64,000 bases of DNA, taken from positions 6,038 through 70,037 of the forward strand of contig CAYPGS010000009.1 of assembly GCA_964410395.1 (NCBI GenBank), given 5' to 3'. Of this stretch, positions 1 to 6,493 are shown in pieces. Each line of letters opens with the position of its first letter. The first letter of the stretch is position 1. Both the position numbers and the translations under genes were made by a program. The notes beneath the pieces are model-generated. The model had not been told where the DNA came from, did no database searches, and saw only the letters and a program-made list of their open reading frames with translations. The stretch is from an uncultured bacterium (GTDB lineage: Bacteria; Krumholzibacteriota; Krumholzibacteriia; JACNKJ01).

Positions 1-1182
1 GCAGTCGATGCAGCTCGCCGCCTCGCCATCACCATTTTCACGGCTTCGTCCATGCTTCGAACTGCGCCAGGCCGCGTACTCCTCTTCATGGCACTTGCCG
101 CAGTCCAGATGCGTCCAGTGCGGCGTGGCCTCGCCGCCATTCTCCACCTTCCAGTGATACTGATGGCACTCGGTGCAGTTGACCTCGCGACCCGTGACCT
201 CGGGATCCATGATATTGCCGTGGGCCAGGTCGTCGCCTTCGTGCTGGCTCTTCTCGTGACAGGAATTGCACCGGTTGAAGATACCGTCCTCTTTGAAGAT
301 CCGGTCGGCGATGGAGGTCATGTCGGTCTGGTGGCCGGTGTGGCAGTAGATGCAGCTCACCTCGGACTGCACCTCGTCGGCCTCCTTGTGAAGGCTGCGC
401 CGGTGCCCGGTGTGACAGGCGTCGCAGGTCTCGGAGATGTTGGTCGGATGCACCCGTGACCGTGAATCGGTGGGCTTGTAGATGGCGTGGCTGTCGTGGC
501 AGTCGGTGCAGGCCGGCGCCGCGTCGTCGCCGTCCTCCTCCAGCCGCCGGTAGTGAGTTGAGTGGACGTAGTTCTCGATGTCCTTCTGATGGCACTGGGA
601 ACAGGTGAGCACGATCTCCTGCTTGTAGGCCGTTGAGCCCACCAGTTCCTTCTTCCCTTTGAAGTGCGGATCGTGACAGGTGACGCAGGTGGGGTAGATG
701 CGCGTGTCGCCGGGGTGCCGCTGCGCATGCCAGCTCTCGTGATACTGATCACCCTGTTCTTCATGGCAGCGAAGGCAGAGCGCCTCGGCGTTGGACCTTT
801 CGGGATGAATCTGGTGCGCGCCGTGGCAGTCCACGCAACCGGGAATCTCGCCCTCGTAGTCCTTGCGCTGCAGGTGCGTGTAGAAGCGGTCCATCCAGAC
901 GTTCTGTGTCTCGTCGTGACAGCTACCGCAGTTGACGCTGGGGAAGCCCTGCCAGTGAGGCTCGTCCTCGAAGTCGCCGTCCTCGTGGCAGTCGATGCAG
1001 TCCAGGTCCTCATGAATGGATCCGACCAGCAGATCGGGGGCCGCGTGAATGACCTTGCCGGCGGCATTGGTCAGTTCCTCGTCGTCGTGGCAATCGAAGC
1101 AGTCCTCGTTGTTCATGGCCCAGGTGGAGCCGACGATCAGGAGGAGGAACAGTGCGGAGAGATTGACGAACTTCGAAGTCAT
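1..1182 (-). CDS. multiheme c-type cytochrome, 3'-truncated by window edge; signal peptide; >=13 CxxCH haem-binding motifs
   Basis: Minus-strand ORF from ATG (complement 1180-1182; MTSKFVNLSALFLLLIVGSTWA...) open in frame to position 1; my translation contains CFDCH, CIDCH, CGSCH, CVDCH, CLRCH, CVTCH, CSQCH, CTDCH, CDACH, CIYCH, CNSCH, CTECH, CGKCH and a partial 14th; absent from ORF track only because no stop codon lies in the window. Confidence 0.8.
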   Translation of the reverse strand, partial: MTSKFVNLSALFLLLIVGSTWAMNNEDCFDCHDDEELTNAAGKVIHAAPDLLVGSIHEDLDCIDCHEDGDFEDEPHWQGFPSVNCGSCHDETQNVWMDRFYTHLQRKDYEGEIPGCVDCHGAHQIHPERSNAEALCLRCHEEQGDQYHESWHAQRHPGDTRIYPTCVTCHDPHFKGKKELVGSTAYKQEIVLTCSQCHQKDIENYVHSTHYRRLEEDGDDAAPACTDCHDSHAIYKPTDSRSRVHPTNISETCDACHTGHRRSLHKEADEVQSEVSCIYCHTGHQTDMTSIADRIFKEDGIFNRCNSCHEKSQHEGDDLAHGNIMDPEVTGREVNCTECHQYHWKVENGGEATPHWTHLDCGKCHEEEYAAWRSSKHGRSRENGDGEAASCIDC

Positions 1183-1305
1183 GCGGTCCTCATAATTTCG
1201 TCTTTGTGAATTTTTTTCGGTCAGACGCGGTAACAAACTAGGTCGCCGAAGCTGATTGTCAACTCTGGACCCGGAAATCCTGTTCTGTCCATCCCAAAAT
1301 GCCTC

Positions 1306-1334
1306 TTGACTTTGGGCTTCTCCCCCATTATTAT
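1306..1334 (+). promoter_or_regulatory. putative sigma70-type promoter TTGACT-17nt-TATTAT in divergent cytochrome/TetR intergenic region, followed by TTAATTAA palindrome (candidate operator)
   Basis: TTGACT at 1306-1311, 17-nt spacer, TATTAT at 1329-1334; AT-rich ctagTTAATTAAaac at 1340-1355 just upstream of TetR start. Confidence 0.4.
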
Positions 1335-1382
1335 CCATCTAGTTAATTAAAACATTTGTTTAAGAGCAGGAGCAGGCCCCAA

Positions 1383-2087
1383 ATGGCCCCTATCGTCAAC
1401 ACCAGCAGCGAAGCGACCCGCGGCAAGCTCATTGAAGCCGGCCGCGAGCTCTTCGCGCGGGACGGTCTGGAGGGCACGAGGGTGGATCGTCTCGCCGACC
1501 TGGCGGGGGTCAACAAGGCCTTGATCAGCTATCACTTCCGCGGCAAGGAGGGGCTCTACCGGGCCGTCCTGGAGGAGATCTTCCGCGAGGTGGCGGTGGA
1601 GCTGGAGCATCGACTCGGCGGCGAGGTCGCCCCGAAGGAGCAATTGCGGGCATGGGCCTCGGCCCTGGGCGAAATCATGGAGGAGAAGCCCGACTTCGCC
1701 GCCATCTTCCTGCGCGAGATACTCGCGGGGGGAGAGCGTCTGGAGGGTGGCGCCGCCGAGAGCGCGCGGCGGAGCCTTTCCCTGCTGCGAAGCACCCTCG
1801 ACGCGGGACAGAGCCGCGGCGAGATCCGCGACACCGATCCATTCCTGCTGCATCTGCTCTTGCTGGGCGGCATCGTGCTCGCCCAGCTCTCCGCTCCCTA
1901 CCGGGAGCGCCTTGAGGGACCCGAATCCGACCGGGATCCCTCGGCCCATCTGCCGCCATCCACGCGGGAGATGGTTCCCTTCCTCGAAGACCTCATTCAG
2001 CGCTGCTACCTGTCGCAGCCCGGGTCATCCAACGCGCCTGAAGACCCTGAGGGGGATGTCGATCGCCGGCCGCCGGAGGGTGAGTAG
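1383..2087 (+). CDS. TetR/AcrR-family transcriptional regulator
   Basis: ORF 1356..2087; N-terminal HTH region GKLIEAGRELFARDGLEGTRVDRLADLAGVNKALISYHFRGKEGLY typical of TetR family; start moved to ATG 1383 which has AGGAG about 10 nt upstream (ATG 1356 has no SD). Confidence 0.75.
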   Translation: MAPIVNTSSEATRGKLIEAGRELFARDGLEGTRVDRLADLAGVNKALISYHFRGKEGLYRAVLEEIFREVAVELEHRLGGEVAPKEQLRAWASALGEIMEEKPDFAAIFLREILAGGERLEGGAAESARRSLSLLRSTLDAGQSRGEIRDTDPFLLHLLLLGGIVLAQLSAPYRERLEGPESDRDPSAHLPPSTREMVPFLEDLIQRCYLSQPGSSNAPEDPEGDVDRRPPEGE

Positions 2088-2130
2088 AGAACCGCGGCCC
2101 GGGGATCCGGGAGGGGAGGCACAGGACGAG

Positions 2131-2156
2131 GACCGGCGCTGTATCGTGCGCCGGTC
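2131..2156 (+). terminator. GC-rich stem-loop (9-bp stem GACCGGCGC / GCGCCGGTC, 8-nt loop) downstream of TetR gene; no U-tract
   Basis: Perfect inverted repeat read directly in sequence; lacks a T-run so termination function is uncertain. Confidence 0.3.
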
Positions 2157-2254
2157 CCGTCCCGCCGCTTGAATCCACATTCCCTCGACTCCTATTGACG
2201 CTCTCCCCGCGCTAAGTATCTTAAGCGAACAAATTTCAGACACGGAGAGCATCT

Positions 2255-3565
2255 ATGAGCCTGCCCATCGGTATCCGCCTGGAAGACAAGAATCGCTGGG
2301 AGCGGCGCGTGCCGCTGGTTCCCGCCGACCTCGCGGATCTCGCCCGCAGCCAGGGCCTGTCTTTCATCGTCCAGCCCTCGGCCCTTCGCACCTTCCCCGA
2401 CGAAGACTACGTGGCCGCCGGCGCGCAGCTCACGGAAGACCTCTCCGAAGCCGGACTGATCCTCGCGGTGAAGGAGATCCCCATCGAGAAACTTCTCGAG
2501 AACCGGGCCTACCTCTTCTTCGCCCACGTGATCAAGGGCCAGGACTACAACATGCCGTTGCTCCAGGCGCTCATGGACAAGGGCATCACCATGATCGACT
2601 ACGAGCGCATCCTCGACGAGAAGGGCCGCCGCCTGGTCTTCTTCGGTCTTCAGGCCGGGCAGGCCGGCATGATCGAAACCTTCCACGCCCTGGGCCGGCG
2701 CCTGGAGTCCGAAGGTTTCGAGACGCCCTTCGCCGAGATCGAGCAGGCCTATCACTATGAGGATCTCGCCGACGCCAAGAAGAAGATCGCAGCCCTGGCC
2801 GACGCGGTGGCCGGAGGTCTCAACGAGGCCCTGGCGCCTCTGGTTATCGGCTTCGCGGGCTACGGCAACGTGAGCCAGGGCGCTCAGGAGATCTTCGACC
2901 TCCTGCCCCACGAGGAGATCGCGCCGGAGGACCTGGAGTCCTTCGTGGAGAAGGGCGAGGCCAGGAGCGATCGCCTCTACAAGGTCGTCTTCAAGGAAGA
3001 GCACCTGGTCGAGCCCGCCGAAGGGCAGGATTTCGAACTGCAGGACTACTACCAGAACCCGGCCCGCTATCGCGGCATCTTCGATCGCTACCTGCCCCAC
3101 ATGACGGCCTTCGTCAACTGCATCTACTGGACCGAAGACTACCCGCGCCTGATCACCAAGTCCGACGCCCTGCGCCTGCAGGAGTCCGGCGATTCTCGCC
3201 TGCGCGTGATCGGCGACGTGAGCTGCGACATCGACGGCTCGGTGGAGTTCACCTACAAGGCCACCGAACCCGACGAGCCCAGCTTCACCTACGATGCCAG
3301 GGAGAACAGCTTCGTGGACGGCGTCGAGGGCGAGGGCATCGCGGTCATGGCCGTGGACAATCTGCCCTGCGAATTGCCCCGCGACGCTTCGGCGGCTTTC
3401 AGCACGGCGCTGCGGGAGTACATCCAGATTCTGGCGAACACCGACTTCACGAAACCGCTCGACCAGCTGGGGCTTCCTCCCGAGCTGGCGGGCGCGATCA
3501 TCACGCATCGGGGCGAACTGGCGCCCGAGTATCGCTATCTCGAGGAATTCCTGGCGAAGGCCTGA
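2255..3565 (+). CDS. saccharopine dehydrogenase (NAD+, L-lysine-forming) / lysine-ketoglutarate reductase (LKR) domain protein, alanine-DH/PNT fold
   Basis: 436 aa; strong resemblance to the LKR half of eukaryotic AASS (e.g. ...AYLFFAHVIKGQDYNMPLL..., MIDYERILDEKGRRLVFFGLQAG..., VSCDIDGSVEF..., AVDNLPCELP...). Confidence 0.75.
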   Translation: MSLPIGIRLEDKNRWERRVPLVPADLADLARSQGLSFIVQPSALRTFPDEDYVAAGAQLTEDLSEAGLILAVKEIPIEKLLENRAYLFFAHVIKGQDYNMPLLQALMDKGITMIDYERILDEKGRRLVFFGLQAGQAGMIETFHALGRRLESEGFETPFAEIEQAYHYEDLADAKKKIAALADAVAGGLNEALAPLVIGFAGYGNVSQGAQEIFDLLPHEEIAPEDLESFVEKGEARSDRLYKVVFKEEHLVEPAEGQDFELQDYYQNPARYRGIFDRYLPHMTAFVNCIYWTEDYPRLITKSDALRLQESGDSRLRVIGDVSCDIDGSVEFTYKATEPDEPSFTYDARENSFVDGVEGEGIAVMAVDNLPCELPRDASAAFSTALREYIQILANTDFTKPLDQLGLPPELAGAIITHRGELAPEYRYLEEFLAKA

Positions 3566-3599
3566 GGCAGCGGGGGAATCACCACCTGGAGGTTATGCA

Positions 3600-4928
3600 A
3601 TGGAACGTGGCAATCGTGTGCTGGTTTTGGGCGCGGGACTGGTGACCAATCCTCTAATCCAATATCTGCTGAAAATCCCGGGCCTCGAGTTGACGGTGGC
3701 CACCCGCACGGTGAGCAAGGCCGAGAACATGATCGCGGGGCACCCGCAGGGCAAGGCCGTGACCCTCGACATCGAGAGCGAGTCGGCCACCCGCGAGCTC
3801 ATCGAGAACTGCGATCTGGTCATCAGCCTGGTGCCCTGGATCTATCACCTCAATGTGGCGAAGCTCGCCATCGAGCTGAAGAAGCAGATGGTGACCACCA
3901 GCTACGTGAGCCCCGAGATGGCCGGGCTGGACGGCGCCGCGCGCGAGGCGGGCATCATCATCCTCAATGAGATCGGCCTGGATCCCGGCATCGATCACAT
4001 GAGCGCCATGAAGATCATCCACCAGGTGCAGAAGGATGGGGGCACGGTGAAGGGCTTCCTGTCCAACTGCGGAGGGCTGCCGGCGCCCGAGGCCAACACC
4101 AATCCCTGGGGATACAAGTTCAGCTGGAGCCCCCGCGGCGTGGTGCTGGCGGCCCGCAACACGGCCAAGTACCTCTGGGACGGCAAGGAAGTGAGCGTGC
4201 CCGGACCCGAGCTCTTCGCCGACGTGTATCCCCTGTCGGTGGAAGGTCTCGGAGAGTTCGAGGTCTACCCGAACCGCGATTCCCTGGGCTACCAGGAGAT
4301 CTACGGGCTGGAAGGCGTCGAGACCCTCAAGCGCGGCACCATCCGCAACCTGGGCCATTGCGCCACCTGGAAGGCCCTGGCCGACTGCGGCTGGTTCGAG
4401 CTCACCGAGATCAACGTGGAGGGAAAGACCTACGAGGACGTCTTCGCCGGCCTCATCGGCGCCGAGGGGAACCTGCCCGAGGCCCTGGCCGAGTTCCTGA
4501 AGATGGACGTGGACGCCGATCCCATCGGCCGCATGCAGTGGCTGGGCCTGCTCAGCGCCGCCACCGTTCCCGGCCAGGCCGACACCACGGTGCTCGACGT
4601 GCTCGCGGATCTTCTGCTCGAGAAGCTGCCCTACGAGAAGGACGAGCGCGACATGATCGTGCTGCAGCATGACTTCGAGGCGGAGTATCCCGACGGTCGC
4701 AAGGAGAAGATCACTTCCGCACTCGTGGACATGGGTATCCCCGGCGGCGACTCGGCCATGGCGCGCACGGTGAGCCTGCCGGCGGCCATCGCCACCCGGA
4801 TGATCCTGGAGGGCAAGATCACGGAGACCGGCGTGCACATTCCCGTGGAGCCGGCGATCTACGAGCCGGTGCTGGAGGAACTGGAAACCTTGGGCATCGG
4901 ATTCAAGGAAACGGTTTCCGCCGGCTAG
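3600..4928 (+). CDS. saccharopine dehydrogenase (NADP+, L-glutamate-forming), SDH-domain protein
   Basis: In-frame ATG at 3600 (MERGNRVLVLGAGLVTNP..., Rossmann GxGxxG) with GGAGG 9 nt upstream; matches SDH half of AASS (ISLVPW..., GLDPGIDHM..., GGLPAPE..NPWGYKFSWSPRGV..., YPNRDSLGY...). ORF-track start 3294 is a spurious overlap extension. Confidence 0.8.
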   Translation: MERGNRVLVLGAGLVTNPLIQYLLKIPGLELTVATRTVSKAENMIAGHPQGKAVTLDIESESATRELIENCDLVISLVPWIYHLNVAKLAIELKKQMVTTSYVSPEMAGLDGAAREAGIIILNEIGLDPGIDHMSAMKIIHQVQKDGGTVKGFLSNCGGLPAPEANTNPWGYKFSWSPRGVVLAARNTAKYLWDGKEVSVPGPELFADVYPLSVEGLGEFEVYPNRDSLGYQEIYGLEGVETLKRGTIRNLGHCATWKALADCGWFELTEINVEGKTYEDVFAGLIGAEGNLPEALAEFLKMDVDADPIGRMQWLGLLSAATVPGQADTTVLDVLADLLLEKLPYEKDERDMIVLQHDFEAEYPDGRKEKITSALVDMGIPGGDSAMARTVSLPAAIATRMILEGKITETGVHIPVEPAIYEPVLEELETLGIGFKETVSAG

Positions 4929-4932
4929 AGAT

Positions 4933-4946
4933 TGTACACGTGTACA
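4933..4946. repeat. perfect 14-bp palindrome TGTACACGTGTACA (copy 1 of GTACACGTGTACA motif)
   Basis: Read in sequence 5 nt after SDH stop codon and 11 nt before terminator hairpin. Confidence 0.9.
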
Positions 4947-4957
4947 GATTCGAACAA

Positions 4958-4982
4958 CCCGCTCCCATGGGGCGGGTTTTTT
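4958..4982 (+). terminator. rho-independent terminator (CCCGCTCC-CATG-GGGCGGG + T6) ending the LKR/SDH operon
   Basis: 8-bp stem with one G-U, tetraloop CATG, TTTTTT at 4977-4982. Confidence 0.75.
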
Positions 4983-4997
4983 GATAGGATCTCGCTC

Positions 4998-6365
4998 ATG
5001 TCAAAGCGTCCCGGCATTCTCATCGTGGCCATGGGCCATGGTGGACTCGCGCCCCTGCTGGCCGAGTTGGACCGCGGTCTGCAAGCGCGAGGCCTGTCAT
5101 CGTTGTATTGGGCCATGGGGGGCGGCGACGGCGGCGTGGAACTGCTCCGCGGCGAGGGACTCGAAGCCTTCACGCCGCTGCGCGACTATCAGCTTCCCCA
5201 CTACCTGAATGAGCTCCCCGAGACCGGCTACCCGGCCGAACACGCGCGCATGGCCTTCTACCGGGCTTTCGAGCGCGGCGCTGCGCCAGAGGCGCGGGTG
5301 GGCGAGGAGGGCCTCGAGCTCATCGCGCGTTGGGGATCGTATATACGCGGGCAGGCCGCCGAGTTGCTCGATATGCTGCGGCCCTCGGCCATGCTCGTCC
5401 AGAGCGGCGTGCGCCTGGTGGAAGGGGCTTTGGCAGACCTGGCCCGCGAGCGCAACATTCCTCTGCTCTTCGTCGAGAAGGGTGCTTTCCCGAACACGCT
5501 GCTCGTGGACGAACTCGGCGTGGGCCCCCTCAGCCTCTACGGAGATCTCGCGCGATGGCAGAAGGCCCGCCGCGAACTCGATACCGAGGACCGGCAACTG
5601 CTCGAGACTTTCCGCAGTGGATTTCGCGAGTCCCGCGCCTCGGCCTGGGAGCAACCCGAGGGCGATGGCGACCTGCGCGCCCGGCTCGGGCTGAGTCGCG
5701 ACCAGCGCATCCTCTTCGTGCCGGGGCAGGTTCGCCACGACGCCAACACCGTGCTCTACTCGCCCTGTTATCCCGACAACGAGAGCTTCCTGCGCCATCT
5801 GCTCGCCGCCAGCGAGGGGCTCGACCTCTTCGTGGTGGCCAAGCCCCATCCCAAGGAGAGGCGCGACGAAAGCCACCTGGCCGGGCTTCTCCAGGGACGT
5901 GGAGCCTGGATGCCCGAGCTCAACGTGCACGACGCCCTGGAGGCCGCCGACCTGGTTGCCTGCCTCAACTCCACCGTGGGTCTGGAGGCCCTGCTCTACG
6001 GCAAGCCGGTGATCAGCGGCGCGCGGGCCTTCTGGGCGGGCAAGGGCTTCACCTTCGATCTGCTCGAGGACGGGGGTAACCCGGCGCTGCGCGCGTTCCT
6101 GTCCGAAACACCGTCGCCGGATCCGGACCTGCTCGACCCCTTCCTGCATCATCTGATCACGCGGGGCAGTTACGGAGGGCCGGCGGGCCCCAGGCCTTCC
6201 ATGGACGCACTCGCCGAACGGCTCGCCGCCATGGCTCGCGACTCAGGTGGTGACGCCGACGCCGCTCTCGCATGGATGGAAAGCGCCGAAGCCGAGGCAT
6301 CGCGTCGCGAACGCGAGATAGAGGTATCGCCCGCGCTCCATCGCCTCATGCCCTTCTTCGACTAG
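4998..6365 (+). CDS. putative GT-B fold capsule polysaccharide biosynthesis protein, KpsC/KpsS-like (Capsule_synth family)
   Basis: 456 aa from ATG 4998 (MSKRPGILIVAMGHGG...); internal motif RILFVPGQVRHDANT resembles the conserved F-P-L-Q-V-x-x-D-S/T motif of KpsC/KpsS beta-Kdo transferases; assignment from memory of family motifs, not a search. Confidence 0.4.
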   Translation: MSKRPGILIVAMGHGGLAPLLAELDRGLQARGLSSLYWAMGGGDGGVELLRGEGLEAFTPLRDYQLPHYLNELPETGYPAEHARMAFYRAFERGAAPEARVGEEGLELIARWGSYIRGQAAELLDMLRPSAMLVQSGVRLVEGALADLARERNIPLLFVEKGAFPNTLLVDELGVGPLSLYGDLARWQKARRELDTEDRQLLETFRSGFRESRASAWEQPEGDGDLRARLGLSRDQRILFVPGQVRHDANTVLYSPCYPDNESFLRHLLAASEGLDLFVVAKPHPKERRDESHLAGLLQGRGAWMPELNVHDALEAADLVACLNSTVGLEALLYGKPVISGARAFWAGKGFTFDLLEDGGNPALRAFLSETPSPDPDLLDPFLHHLITRGSYGGPAGPRPSMDALAERLAAMARDSGGDADAALAWMESAEAEASRREREIEVSPALHRLMPFFD

Positions 6366-6433
6366 TGGTTCGGAAAACCGTCTGGGAATCAAGCTGATAG
6401 CCCTGATATCCAGATAGACACGGACGAAGCTCC

Positions 6434-6446
6434 GTACACGTGTACA
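6434..6446. repeat. GTACACGTGTACA palindrome copy 2
   Basis: Identical 13-mer to 4934-4946; sits between convergent capsule-like gene and subtilase gene, abutting terminator hairpin. Confidence 0.9.
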
Positions 6447-6473
6447 AAATCCCGCGCGACGACCGGGCGGGAT
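6441..6473 (-). terminator. intrinsic terminator for subtilase gene (minus strand): ATCCCGC-11nt loop-GCGGGAT followed by UUUGU
   Basis: 7-bp stem at 6449-6455/6467-6473; on minus-strand RNA followed by TTTGTACA (RC of 6441-6448). Confidence 0.5.
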
Positions 6474-6493
6474 CAGTGTGTCGCGAGCAGCGA

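Noticed and set aside
86-1209. ORF-track entries 86-595(-), 357-1067(-) and 664-1209(+) at the left edge
   Set aside because: They lie in wrong frames or on the wrong strand relative to the clear multiheme cytochrome ORF (complement 1-1182), which the track omits because it lacks an in-window stop.
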